A stretch of 64,000 bases of DNA. Source: Acidimicrobiales bacterium. Its GTDB lineage: Bacteria > Actinomycetota > Acidimicrobiia > Acidimicrobiales > Bog-793. The stretch spans positions 1,679 to 65,678 of the forward strand of contig DASPQJ010000041.1 in assembly GCA_035625025.1 (NCBI GenBank), read 5' to 3'. This document shows positions 9,423-18,704 of the stretch, piece after piece (the first letter of the stretch is position 1; each line of letters begins with the position of its first letter). Made by a program: the position numbers and the translations under genes. The notes beneath the pieces were generated by a model. The model saw only the letters and a list, made by a program, of their open reading frames with translations, searched no databases and was not told the origin of the DNA.

Positions 9423-10121
9423 GTGGCAAGCCCGAGCCTCGCCAAAGCCGATCACGGCACCGTCGTCATCGTCGAGGATGACCACCACATCGCGGACCTC
9501 GTCGACCTGTGGCTGCGCAACGCGGGCTTCCGCGTCTTGCAGGCCACCGAGGCCCGGCGCGGCCTCGAGTTCGTCGCCAAGGAGCATCCGAGCCTCGTCC
9601 TCCTCGACATCGGACTGCCCGGACCGGTCGACGGCATCGAAGTCTGTCGCGAAATCCGCCGCACGAGCGAGGTGCCCGTCGTATTTCTCACCGCCCGCGA
9701 CGACGAGGTCGACCGCGTCCTCGGCCTCGAGCTCGGCGCCGACGACTACATCGTGAAGCCGTTCTCGCCCCGCGAGCTCGTCGCCCGGGTGCGGGCGGTC
9801 CTGCGGCGCACCGAGGGCTCCCACCGGGTGAGGGAGAACCCGCTCTCCGTCGGCGGCCTCACGGTCGACACGGTAAGGCGCGAGGTGACGACCGCGGCGG
9901 GACCGGTCCGGCTCACGGCGCGCGAGTTCGATCTGCTCGTCCATTTCGCCGCCAACACAAGGATCGTCTTCACCCGGCGCCAGTTGCTCGACTCGGTTTG
10001 GGGCCCCGGGTGGATCGGCGACGAGCGGACGGTCGATGTCCACGTCCGGCAGCTGCGGCGCAAGCTCGGCGAAGCGCTGCCGCTGAAGACGATCTGGGGC
10101 GTCGGTTACCGGTGCGATTGA
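9423..10121 (+). CDS. OmpR/PhoB-family response regulator
   Basis: Receiver domain (VVIVEDD, LLDIGLPG, KPF) followed by a winged-helix output domain (LTAREFDLL, RTVDVHVRQLRRKL, IWGVGYR). Confidence 0.9.
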   Translation: MASPSLAKADHGTVVIVEDDHHIADLVDLWLRNAGFRVLQATEARRGLEFVAKEHPSLVLLDIGLPGPVDGIEVCREIRRTSEVPVVFLTARDDEVDRVLGLELGADDYIVKPFSPRELVARVRAVLRRTEGSHRVRENPLSVGGLTVDTVRREVTTAAGPVRLTAREFDLLVHFAANTRIVFTRRQLLDSVWGPGWIGDERTVDVHVRQLRRKLGEALPLKTIWGVGYRCD

Positions 10122-10159
10122 GACGTCGGCCCGGCGCCGGCGGCGCGCGCCACTGGCCG

Positions 10160-11527
10160 ATGGGGGCGCGCATCACCCTCGCTTTCGTTACCGTGCTCGC
10201 GGTCGCGCTGACGTTGGCGGGCGGGGTGAGCTTGTACCTCGTCCGCAACGCCGCGGCCGACAACACCCGACGGCTCGTTCTCCAACAGACGACTGACCTC
10301 GCCCACCACGAGCAGGCGCTCGCCCGGACGACGAGGAACTCCCCCCAGATCATCGCCGAGGTCCTCTCCCTCCTCAGCTCCGTCGCCGGGATCCGCCAGG
10401 CCTCGATCGTCACGACGTCCGCGAGGGGAACCTTCGTCGGCGCCGTCCCGAAACTCGACTTCTCCGCCCGCGCGCTCGACACGAAGGACCTCGCCGCGGG
10501 ACGGGCCACCTCGGGTATCGACCACGATCTCGCCTTCGCGGCGGTGCCACTCCTCTCCGCCGGCGGGGTCCACCTCGCCTTCCTCCTCGCCCGGCCGGTC
10601 AGCTACTCGGACGCCAGCGTCTCGTACTTCCTCTTGGCTGGCGGAATCTCGCTCCTCGTCGCCGCCGCGGCCGCCGCGGTCATCTCGCGGCGAATCGCCC
10701 GGCGCGTCGTCGCCGCGACCGGCGCCGCCGTCAGAATCGCCGGCGGCGACTTCTCGACGCGACTTGCCGCGACGCGCCACGACTACGCCGAGCTCGCCAC
10801 GCTGAGCGGCTCGCTCAACCAGATGGCGGCCCGACTCGAGGACTCCCGTGACCTCGACCGGCAGTTCTTGATGTCGGTCTCGCACGACCTGCGCACGCCG
10901 CTCACGTCGATCCGCGGCTACGCCGAGGCGATCACCGAGGGCGTGACCCCCGACCCGTCGCGGGCCGCCTCCGTCGTCGTCGCCGAGGCGATCCGCCTGG
11001 AGCGTCTCATCGCCGACCTGCTCGACCTGGCGCGACTCGACGCCCACCAGTTCTCGCTCCATCTCGCGACCTTCGACGCCGCCGAGGTCGTCGCCGAGGT
11101 CGCCGGGGCCCTGCGCTACGAGTTCGACGCCGCCGGGGTGGCGCTCGAGATCTCGGTCGCCCCGGGGCTGTGGATCCGGGCCGATCGCGACCGGCTCGGT
11201 CAGATCGTCGCCAACCTCACGGAGAACGCCCTCAAGTTCGCCAGCGCCGCGGTCGGGGTCTCCTGCCGCCGCGCCGACGGGGCGATCGCCATCACGGTCG
11301 CCGACGACGGCCCGGGAATCGACCCCGCCGACCTCCCCCGCGTCTTCGAGCGGCATTTCACCGCGACGAAGTCCGCGGCCCGCGCCGTCGGCACCGGGCT
11401 CGGCCTCGCCATCGTCTCGGAACTGGCGGAGGCGCTGCACGGCGACCTCGCCATCGTCTCGCCCGCCGCCGGGGGCAAGGGCACGCGGATCACCGTCTCG
11501 CTCCCCGGGGCCGGTCGACCGGGCTAG
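10160..11527 (+). CDS. sensor histidine kinase (HAMP-HisKA-HATPase)
   Basis: Distal part of track ORF 9509..11527, starting at ATG 10160. N-terminal TM helix, extracytoplasmic segment, second TM helix. H-box SVSHDLRTPLTSIRGY, N box NLTENALKF, G boxes DDGPGI and GTGLGLAIV. Confidence 0.9.
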   Translation: MGARITLAFVTVLAVALTLAGGVSLYLVRNAAADNTRRLVLQQTTDLAHHEQALARTTRNSPQIIAEVLSLLSSVAGIRQASIVTTSARGTFVGAVPKLDFSARALDTKDLAAGRATSGIDHDLAFAAVPLLSAGGVHLAFLLARPVSYSDASVSYFLLAGGISLLVAAAAAAVISRRIARRVVAATGAAVRIAGGDFSTRLAATRHDYAELATLSGSLNQMAARLEDSRDLDRQFLMSVSHDLRTPLTSIRGYAEAITEGVTPDPSRAASVVVAEAIRLERLIADLLDLARLDAHQFSLHLATFDAAEVVAEVAGALRYEFDAAGVALEISVAPGLWIRADRDRLGQIVANLTENALKFASAAVGVSCRRADGAIAITVADDGPGIDPADLPRVFERHFTATKSAARAVGTGLGLAIVSELAEALHGDLAIVSPAAGGKGTRITVSLPGAGRPG

Positions 11528-11530
11528 GCC

Positions 11531-12439
11531 TCAGCTCCCCGGGCGCCAGAGCGGGAGTTCGGCCGCCTCGGCCGGGATCGTCGACCCGGCGTGGAGGATC
11601 CCGACGCCGGCGGGAACGGAGATCTCCCGGCGCAGATAGCCGAGCGCGACGGGGGAGTTCGTGCGCGGCGAATACGCCACGCTCGTGAGGGCGCCGACCG
11701 CTCTCGAGTCGACGACGACCGGGTCGCCGGCCCCGGGGCGGCCGGACTCGACGACGAATCCGACGAGTCGGCGCGCCACCCGGTTGCCCCGGGCGTCGAG
11801 GCGCGCGACGAGCTCCTGGCCGGTGTAACAGCCCTTCGTGAGGCTCACCGCCCGGGCGACGAGACCGGCCTCCTGGGGGATCGTTCTCTCGGTGAGCTCC
11901 CTCCCCATCACCGGAACGCCCGCTTCGATGCGCGCCGCCTCGAAGGCGCCGGCGTCGCCCTCGGCGACACCGCTCGGCAGCGCGGCCGCGGGATCGACGA
12001 GGTCGCAACCCGCAAAACCCGGCCAGCCGACATCGAGCACGAGCGCGGCCCGCGCCTCGGCGGCAGCCGGTCGGGCGCCCGGTCCGCGCACGACTGCCGC
12101 CCGCCAGTGGGAAAGTCCGAGATCGACCTGGACGCGCAGCTTGAAGCGCCGCAGGCGCGCGAGGATCGCCTCTCCCCACCCGGCGTCGACGACGACGCAG
12201 AGCGACGTGTCTCCCGTGCGCGCGACGCGGCCGTAACCGTCGAGCTTGCCCTGCGGCGAGAGCACGAGGGTCTCGACGCTTCCCCCCGGTGCCAGGTTGC
12301 CGAGATCCTGGGAAACCTGGCCCTGCAGGTAGCTCAGCGCGTCGGGGCCGGCGAGCGTGACGACGTCGACGGCGACGACGACCCCGGCGACGCCGGCGCG
12401 GAGCGCGACGTAGGTCGCGGCCGCGCTCAGCGGGTCCAC
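11531..12439 (-). CDS. ygfZ: YgfZ/GcvT-like folate-binding protein
   Basis: 302-aa track ORF with the family signature KGCYTGQE (SLTKGCYTGQELVARL). It starts 10 nt after the hisI stop. Confidence 0.8.
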   Translation of the reverse strand: MDPLSAAATYVALRAGVAGVVVAVDVVTLAGPDALSYLQGQVSQDLGNLAPGGSVETLVLSPQGKLDGYGRVARTGDTSLCVVVDAGWGEAILARLRRFKLRVQVDLGLSHWRAAVVRGPGARPAAAEARAALVLDVGWPGFAGCDLVDPAAALPSGVAEGDAGAFEAARIEAGVPVMGRELTERTIPQEAGLVARAVSLTKGCYTGQELVARLDARGNRVARRLVGFVVESGRPGAGDPVVVDSRAVGALTSVAYSPRTNSPVALGYLRREISVPAGVGILHAGSTIPAEAAELPLWRPGS

Positions 12440-12449
12440 GACGGGATCT

Positions 12450-12827
12450 TCAGGTCGGAAGGCGGCGAGCGAAGCACGTCCGCGCCCCCGTGTGGCAGGC
12501 CCCGGAACCTTCTTGGTCGACCTCGACGACGAGTGCGTCGCCGTCGCAGTCGACGAGGACGCCGCGCAGCCGCTGGCGGTTGCCCGAGGTCTCGCCCTTC
12601 GGCCAGAGCTCGCGCCGGCTGCGCGAGTAGAACCACGTCCTTTTGCTCTCGAGGGTCCGCCGCAGCGCCTCGGCGTTCATGTACGCCACCATCAGGACCT
12701 CGCGCGAGGTCGCGTCCTGGACGATCGCCGGCACGAGGCCGTCGGGCCCGAACCGGACGTCGTCGGGCGAGACGACCTCGGCGCCGTCCGGCGCCGCGAC
12801 CCCGTCGCTCCCCGCCACTTCCTTCAC
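12450..12827 (-). CDS. hisI: phosphoribosyl-AMP cyclohydrolase
   Basis: 125-aa track ORF. Motifs: [34 protein letters not shown]. Its GTG 12825-12827 overlaps the upstream TGA. Confidence 0.92.
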   Translation of the reverse strand: MKEVAGSDGVAAPDGAEVVSPDDVRFGPDGLVPAIVQDATSREVLMVAYMNAEALRRTLESKRTWFYSRSRRELWPKGETSGNRQRLRGVLVDCDGDALVVEVDQEGSGACHTGARTCFARRLPT

Positions 12828-13183
12828 AGGTACAGGCCGGTCCCGCCGTCGAGGCGTTCCGTCGCGAGGGCCTGGACGTCGCGCTCGCGCAGGATGAGGT
12901 AGTCCTCGCCCTGGACGTCGACCTCGAAGCAGTCATCCCGGTTGAACAGCACCTTGTCGCCGACCTTGATGTTCCGGACGTTCGGTCCCGTCGCGGCGAC
13001 CTCGGCCCAGGTGAGCCGCTTCGTGAGCTGCGCGGTCGCGGGGATGAGGATGCCGGCGCGCGAGCGCCGCTCGCCCTCGGGATCGGGCACCTGCACGAGC
13101 AGGCGATCGTTCACCATCGTGATCGGCTGTTTCACCCCGCCGGGCGACTTGTCGCTCCGCCGGGGCGCAGGGGCCACCGCCAT
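12824..13183 (-). CDS. GroES/Cpn10-fold protein with a non-canonical C-terminal tail (..[12 protein letters not shown])
   Basis: Track ORF 12824..13189. The core [48 protein letters not shown] follows the GroES pattern. Start is uncertain: TTG 13189, ATG 13183, or internal ATG 13117. G/C at third codon positions stays high upstream of 13117. Confidence 0.75.
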   Translation of the reverse strand: MAVAPAPRRSDKSPGGVKQPITMVNDRLLVQVPDPEGERRSRAGILIPATAQLTKRLTWAEVAATGPNVRNIKVGDKVLFNRDDCFEVDVQGEDYLILRERDVQALATERLDGGTGLYL

Positions 13184-13225
13184 GACCAAGACGGTAGTGC
13201 GCGCTTCGAGCCGACGAGTCGGGAT

Positions 13226-13987
13226 CTAGGCCCCGGGGGGGCGGACGACGACGCCGTGGTCGGCGAGGTAGCGCTTCGCCTCGGCGATGGTCGCCGCCTG
13301 ATAGTGGAAGACCGACGCCGCGAGCACGCCGTCGGCCCCGGCGGCGGCCCCCTCGACGAGGTGCCCGAGGTGTCCGACCCCCCCGGAGGCGATCACCGGG
13401 ACGTCGACCGCGGCGACGACCTGGCCGACGAGGCTGGCGTCGTAGCCGGCCTCGGTGCCGTCCCGGTCCATCGAGGTGAGGAGGATCTCCCCCGCGCCGA
13501 GGCTCACGACCTTCCCGGCCCAGGCGACGGCGTCGAGCCCGGTCGGCCGGCGCCCGCCGTGGGAGTAGACCTCGTAACCGGATCCCGCCCGCCGGGCATC
13601 GATCGCGACGACGACGCACTGGTTGCCGAAGGTCGCGGCGATCTCGGCGACGAGCTCGGGACGGGCGATCGCGGCGGAGTTGACGGCGACCTTGTCGGCG
13701 CCGGCCCGCAAGATCTGACGGGCGTCGTCGAGGGAACGGATCCCGCCGCCGACGGTGAGCGGGATGAAGACCTCGTCGGCCGTGCGCGCGACGACGTCGA
13801 TCAAGATCGCCCGGTCGTCGCTCGACGCCGTGATGTCCAAGAAGATGAGCTCGTCGGCGCCCTCGGCGTCGTAGCGGCGGGCGAGCTCAACGGGGTCGCC
13901 GGCGTCACGCAGGCCGACGAAGTTCACCCCCTTCACGACGCGACCGTGGTCGACGTCGAGGCAGGGGATGATCCTCAGGCTGCGCAT
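13226..13987 (-). CDS. hisF: imidazole glycerol phosphate synthase, cyclase subunit
   Basis: 253-aa track ORF. Motifs: [36 protein letters not shown]. Confidence 0.95.
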   Translation of the reverse strand: MRSLRIIPCLDVDHGRVVKGVNFVGLRDAGDPVELARRYDAEGADELIFLDITASSDDRAILIDVVARTADEVFIPLTVGGGIRSLDDARQILRAGADKVAVNSAAIARPELVAEIAATFGNQCVVVAIDARRAGSGYEVYSHGGRRPTGLDAVAWAGKVVSLGAGEILLTSMDRDGTEAGYDASLVGQVVAAVDVPVIASGGVGHLGHLVEGAAAGADGVLAASVFHYQAATIAEAKRYLADHGVVVRPPGA

Positions 13988-14727
13988 GCCGCGATGGCGT
14001 CGGCGACCGCCAGCTCACCGGAGGCGAGGGCGCGCCCGACGATCACCCCGACGAGCGAGCGCCCGACGACCTGCAACCCGCGCAACGCGACGAGATCCTC
14101 GACGCTCCCCACCCCACCCGAGGCGATGACCGGGAAGCGCGTCTCGCCGAGGACGAACCGGCAGCCGTCGAGGTCGGGGCCCTCGAGGGTCCCGTCACGG
14201 GAGATGTCGGTGACGACGACGCCGGCGAGCGGCAGCGACTCGAGCGAGTACAGGGCGGCGGCGAGATCGACGCCGGTCGGGCGCTCCCAGCCCCGCACGG
14301 CGAGCTCGCGGAAGGTCCGGCCCCCGACGGTCGCGCGCCGGTGGTCGAGCCCGACGAGCACCCGATCGGGGTAGCGGCGGGATAGACGGCGCGCGAACTC
14401 CGGGTCCTCGATCCCGGCCGTGCCGACGACGACCCGGCCGACCCCCATCCCGAACAGGGCGTCGGCAGCCTCGATCGTGCGCACCCCCCCGCCGCACTGG
14501 ACGGGGAACGGGACCGCCCGGACGATCTCGCGCACGACCGGCGAGTTGACGGGACTGCCGGTGCGCGCCGCGTCGAGGTCGACGAGGTGGAGATGGCTAG
14601 CGCCACCGGCGACATAGGCGCGGGCCCGCTCGACCGGGTCACCGAAGACCGTCTCGTTCGCGAAATCGCCGCGCACCAACCGCACGGCCTGTCCCCCGCG
14701 GATGTCGATCGACGGGAAGCACTCCAT
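13975..14727 (-). CDS. hisA: ProFAR isomerase (HisA; PriA-type dual activity not excluded)
   Basis: 250-aa track ORF. Motifs: [42 protein letters not shown]. Confidence 0.92.
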   Translation of the reverse strand: MECFPSIDIRGGQAVRLVRGDFANETVFGDPVERARAYVAGGASHLHLVDLDAARTGSPVNSPVVREIVRAVPFPVQCGGGVRTIEAADALFGMGVGRVVVGTAGIEDPEFARRLSRRYPDRVLVGLDHRRATVGGRTFRELAVRGWERPTGVDLAAALYSLESLPLAGVVVTDISRDGTLEGPDLDGCRFVLGETRFPVIASGGVGSVEDLVALRGLQVVGRSLVGVIVGRALASGELAVADAIAACAA

Positions 14728-14739
14728 TCCGATCGCCCT

Positions 14740-15378
14740 CTAGGTTCGCGCGGCCGCGACGACGGCGCAGCGCTCGGCGAAAGCGGCGAGAACGGCGAGG
14801 CCCGAGCTGCCGGACTTTTCCGGGTGGAACTGGGTCCCGAAGCAGTTGTCGCGTTCCACGACGGCGACGACCGCTCCCCCGTAGTCACAGGTCGCGACGA
14901 CCGCCCCGGCGCTGCGCGCCGTCGGCACGGGCGCGTAGGAGTGGACGAAGTAGAACCAGGGTCGCGCCTCGAGGCCCGCGAGGAGGACCGACTCCCGGCC
15001 GGGAACGCGATCGAGCGCGTTCCACTGCATCTGGGGGAGCTTCTCGGCCCCCGTGAGCCGGGCGACCGTGCCGGACAAAACACCGAGCCCGGCGACCCCG
15101 GGACTTTCCTCGGAGTCGTCGAAGAGCAACTGGAAGCCGACGCACACGCCGAGCATCGGTTTGTCGGTCGCGACGGCGTCGAGGACGGCGCGGTCGAGTC
15201 CGCTCTCCCGCAGGGCCGCGGCACAGGCGCCGAAGTTGCCGACGCCCGGGAGGACGACCCCCGCGGCGCGTTCGGCCTCGGCGGCCGAGGCGACGAGACG
15301 TGCCTCGGCGCCGACGCGCAGGAGCGCCTTCTCCGCCGATCGCAAGTTGCCGATCCCGTAGTCGAGGACGGCGATCAC
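14740..15378 (-). CDS. hisH: imidazole glycerol phosphate synthase, glutamine amidotransferase subunit
   Basis: 212-aa track ORF. Motifs: IAVLDYGIGNLRS, LGVCVGFQLL (nucleophile Cys), FHPEKS. Confidence 0.95.
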   Translation of the reverse strand: MIAVLDYGIGNLRSAEKALLRVGAEARLVASAAEAERAAGVVLPGVGNFGACAAALRESGLDRAVLDAVATDKPMLGVCVGFQLLFDDSEESPGVAGLGVLSGTVARLTGAEKLPQMQWNALDRVPGRESVLLAGLEARPWFYFVHSYAPVPTARSAGAVVATCDYGGAVVAVVERDNCFGTQFHPEKSGSSGLAVLAAFAERCAVVAAART

Positions 15379-15381
15379 CGC

Positions 15382-16011
15382 CTAGAGCACCCCTTTCGTC
15401 GACGGCACCCCGGCGAGTTCGACCCGCTTGGCGTCACGCAAGGCCCGGGCGACGGCCTTGAACGACGCCTCCAAGACGTGGTGGGCGTTCTTGCCGTGAC
15501 GACGGGCGACGTGCAGCGTCACCGCCGCGGCGGTCACAAAAGCGCGCCAGAACTCCTCGGCGAGCTGCGGGTCGAACGGCGGGGAGCCAAGACCCGGCGT
15601 GTCCGGCGCGAAGTCGATCTCGTAGCTGAGATACGCCCGCCCCGAGACGTCGAGCGCCACGTCGACGAGCGCCTCGTCGAGCGGCACCGCCACCGAGGCG
15701 AAACGGCGGATCCCCTCCTTGGCGCCGAACGCCGCCGCCAGCGCCTCGCCGAGCGCGATCCCGGTGTCCTCCACGGTGTGGTGGGCGTCGACGTCGAGAT
15801 CCCCCGTCGCTCGGACGACAAGATCGAGCCCGCCGTGCTTGCCGAGCTGGTTCAGCATGTGGTCGAAGAAAGGCAGTCCCGTCACCACCTCGACGCGGCC
15901 GGACCCGTCGAGGTCGAGCTCGACGAAGATGTCGCTCTCCGCCGTCTGGCGGCGCCGTGTCGCCCGCCGGGGCGCCGGAACCGCCCGATTGGCCGCCTTT
16001 GCCATCGTCAC
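15382..16011 (-). CDS. hisB: imidazoleglycerol-phosphate dehydratase
   Basis: 209-aa track ORF. Motifs: GLPFFDHMLNQLGKHG and DLDVDAHHTVEDTGIALG. Confidence 0.95.
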   Translation of the reverse strand: MTMAKAANRAVPAPRRATRRRQTAESDIFVELDLDGSGRVEVVTGLPFFDHMLNQLGKHGGLDLVVRATGDLDVDAHHTVEDTGIALGEALAAAFGAKEGIRRFASVAVPLDEALVDVALDVSGRAYLSYEIDFAPDTPGLGSPPFDPQLAEEFWRAFVTAAAVTLHVARRHGKNAHHVLEASFKAVARALRDAKRVELAGVPSTKGVL

Positions 16012-16051
16012 AGCCTCGCGCGTCGCCGGGCGACAAGGGCAGACGGCCCTT

Positions 16052-17152
16052 TCAGCCGACGACCTCAGCGAGCGCGGCGAGGAACGCGTCGTTCTCCTCG
16101 GGCGTGCCGATCGTCACCCGCAGATGCCCGGCGAGACGTGGCCAGCCCGAAAGGTCGCGGACAAGGACGGAGCGAGCGACGAGTCCCTCCCATACCGCGT
16201 GGGCGTCGTGGTCGCCCGTCGAGAATAGGACGAAGTTCGACTCCGACGGGACGGCCTCGAGCCCGAGGACGGCGAGTCCCGCCAGGACCCGCGCCCGCCC
16301 GGCGACCAGACGGGCGACGCGGGCGTCCATCTGCTCGGTGAACCCGAGGGCGAGGATCCCCGCCTCCTGTTTCACGGCATCGACGTGGTAAGGGAGGGCC
16401 GCCTGGAAGAGGGCCTCGACGACCTCCGGGGCGCCGATCGCGTAGCCGAGGCGGAGCGCGGCGAGCGACCAGGTCTTCGAGAACGTCCGCAGCACGACGA
16501 GGTTCGGGTGCGAGCCGACGAGATCGAGCACCGAACGCGGCGCGAACTGGACGTAAGCCTCGTCGACGACGACGAGGCCGGGGGCACGGGCGAGCGCCGC
16601 CTCGACCGTGGCGTCCGGCTCGACCAACCCCGTCGGGTTGTTCGGTGAGCACAGAAAGACGACCGCGGGCTCACCCTCCCCGGACGTCGCCGCTCGGGCG
16701 AGCGCCCGGTCGAACTCGGCGGGATCGATGAGGTATCCCTGGTTGCGTTCGCCTTCGACGACCGCCGTGGCGGTCAGCCGGGCGATGTGGCTGTGGAGCG
16801 CGTACGTCGGCTCGAACACGACGCAGCACCGCCCCGGCCCGCCGTAGGCGACAAGGAGTGACTGGATCACCTCGTTCGAGCCATTGGCACAGAAGATCTG
16901 GTCCGCGCCGACGTGGTGCTGGCCGGCCAGGGCGGCCCGCAGACGCCTCGCCCGGCGGTCGGGGTAGCGGTTGAGGTCGATGCCCGGGATGGCGGCCGCC
17001 AAGGCGGCCACGAACTCCGGAGGCGGCGGCTCCGGGGCCTCGTTCGTGTTCAACCGGACCGCCGCCTCGACCTGCGGCGAGTGGTAGCCCGTCCACGGGG
17101 CGCCCGCGAAGCGCGGCTCTCGTCGCGGCCGGCCGACGTCCGCCGGGCTCAC
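16052..17152 (-). CDS. hisC: histidinol-phosphate aminotransferase
   Basis: Distal 366 codons of track ORF 16052..17818. Motifs: LNTNEAP, SPNNPTG, RTFSKTWSLAALRLGY (PLP Lys). GTG 17150-17152 overlaps the hisD TGA. Confidence 0.93.
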   Translation of the reverse strand: MSPADVGRPRREPRFAGAPWTGYHSPQVEAAVRLNTNEAPEPPPPEFVAALAAAIPGIDLNRYPDRRARRLRAALAGQHHVGADQIFCANGSNEVIQSLLVAYGGPGRCCVVFEPTYALHSHIARLTATAVVEGERNQGYLIDPAEFDRALARAATSGEGEPAVVFLCSPNNPTGLVEPDATVEAALARAPGLVVVDEAYVQFAPRSVLDLVGSHPNLVVLRTFSKTWSLAALRLGYAIGAPEVVEALFQAALPYHVDAVKQEAGILALGFTEQMDARVARLVAGRARVLAGLAVLGLEAVPSESNFVLFSTGDHDAHAVWEGLVARSVLVRDLSGWPRLAGHLRVTIGTPEENDAFLAALAEVVG

Positions 17153-18450
17153 CTGGCGCTCCAGGTCGGCTGGCCGACGCGCAGGCGGACCGACTCGGCG
17201 TGGGCGGGCAGTCCCTCGGCGTCGGCGATCGCCGCGACGTCGGGCGCGACACGCTGCACGCCGCGAGCGGTGACGCGGATGGCGTGCGAACGGCGCAGGA
17301 AGTCTCCCGTCCCGAGCACCGAGGAAAAGCGGGCGGACCCGAACGTCGGCAGCACGTGGCTCGGCCCCGCGACGTAGTCCCCGATCGAAGCGGAGGCGTA
17401 AGGGCCGACGAACACCGCCCCGGCGTGGCGGACGAGCCGGACGAGGCTCTCGGCGCCGGCGGCCAGCAGCTCGAGGTGCTCGGGCGCGATGGCGTTCACG
17501 ACCGCCATGGCGTGCTCGGGCCCATCGACCAAGACGGCGTAGCCACCAGAACGCAGCGCCGCCCGGGTCTCCTCCCGCCGGGGGCTCGCCGCGACGAGGC
17601 GCTCGATCGCGAGGTCGATCGCCGCGGCGACGGCTTCCGACCATGTGACGAGCCAAGCGAACCCGTCCGGACCGTGCTCGGCCTGGACGATGACGTCGAT
17701 CGCCGCCCACTCCGCGGGCGCCGACCCGTCGGCGACGACGACGACCTCCGACGGGCCGGCGAATGCGGCCGGAACGCCGACCGTGCCCCGCACCTCCCGC
17801 TCGGCGACCGAGACCCACTTCGAACCCGGTCCGACGACGACGTCGACCTTGCGGATCGATTCCGTCCCGTAGGCGAGGGCGCCGATCGCCTGGGCCCCGC
17901 CGACCCGGTAGACCTCGCCGACGCCGGCGACCGCGGCAGCAGCAAGGGTCGTGAGCGCGACGGTGCCGTCGGGTCCGGGCGGGGCGCAGCAGGCGATCGA
18001 GCCGACGCCGGCGACGAGCGCCGGGATCGCTGTCATGAGGACGGTCGACGGGTACGTCGCCCGTCCGCCCGGCGCGTAGACGCCGACCCGGTCGACGGGG
18101 ATCAACAACTCGGTGATCTCGATCCCTCCGGCCTCGAAGGTCTGCGGCCGAGCCAGCTCACGTCGGTGGAAGGTCTCGATCGCCTCGGCCGCGGCCCGCA
18201 GTGCCGCGGTGAGTTCGCGGCCCACTTTCGCGGGGGCCGAAGCGATTTCGTCCTCGGGCACGCGCAGCTCGCCGAGTTCGAGCCCGTCGAAACGCCGGGT
18301 GAGCTCGCGCACCGCGTCGTCACCGCGTTGGCGCACCGCGGCGAGGATCGCCCGCACCTCGGCGACGGGATCGTCGCCGGCCTGGTCCGGGCGGGGTAGG
18401 TCCGCCGGGACATCGGGCGACGTTCCGCGCAGGTCGAGCCGGGTGAGCAC
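17149..18450 (-). CDS. hisD: histidinol dehydrogenase
   Basis: Track ORF 17149..18483. The start is placed at GTG 18448-18450 because VLTRLDLRG matches the usual actinobacterial HisD N-terminus MLTRIDLRG. Motifs: VGGAQAIGALAYGT, QAEHGPD, GDYVAGPSHVLPT. Confidence 0.92.
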   Translation of the reverse strand: MLTRLDLRGTSPDVPADLPRPDQAGDDPVAEVRAILAAVRQRGDDAVRELTRRFDGLELGELRVPEDEIASAPAKVGRELTAALRAAAEAIETFHRRELARPQTFEAGGIEITELLIPVDRVGVYAPGGRATYPSTVLMTAIPALVAGVGSIACCAPPGPDGTVALTTLAAAAVAGVGEVYRVGGAQAIGALAYGTESIRKVDVVVGPGSKWVSVAEREVRGTVGVPAAFAGPSEVVVVADGSAPAEWAAIDVIVQAEHGPDGFAWLVTWSEAVAAAIDLAIERLVAASPRREETRAALRSGGYAVLVDGPEHAMAVVNAIAPEHLELLAAGAESLVRLVRHAGAVFVGPYASASIGDYVAGPSHVLPTFGSARFSSVLGTGDFLRRSHAIRVTARGVQRVAPDVAAIADAEGLPAHAESVRLRVGQPTWSAR

Positions 18451-18509
18451 GATGCCGAGCGTAGCGAACGACCGATTCGCCACCCGGTGCGGTCGATAAA
18501 GATAGGGGG

Positions 18510-18704
18510 ATGCCGGTCGACTACTCCGAACTCACCTCGATGGCCGAGTCGATCGACGCGCTCGCGCGCCGGGTCGCAAAGATGGGTGACGCGGCCAAGG
18601 GGCAGAAGAACGATGACACCGCCGCCGAGCTCTACGCCGTCGAACGCGCCCTCGCCGGCGCGATGAGACGGCTGAACCGCCTCATCCGGGCGACACGCCG
18701 CTAG
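18510..18704 (+). CDS. small hypothetical protein (64 aa, predicted helical)
   Basis: ATG preceded by the Shine-Dalgarno-like gataggggga. Third codon positions are strongly G/C, like real genes in this window. No family recognised. Its last 23 nt overlap the convergent nth 3' end. Confidence 0.65.
   Translation: MPVDYSELTSMAESIDALARRVAKMGDAAKGQKNDDTAAELYAVERALAGAMRRLNRLIRATRR

Noticed and set aside
11591-14374. Very long ORFs such as 11591..14374 (+, 927 aa), 44275..46971 (-, 898 aa), 48718..51033 (+, 771 aa), 45336..47681 (+, 781 aa) and 24421..25923 (-, 500 aa).
   Set aside because: Their products are Arg/Gly/Pro/Asp-rich with no motifs. They lie antisense or off-frame to genes with clear family signatures (his genes, rarA/aspS, relA, menF). 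Long stop-free shadow frames are expected at this G+C content.
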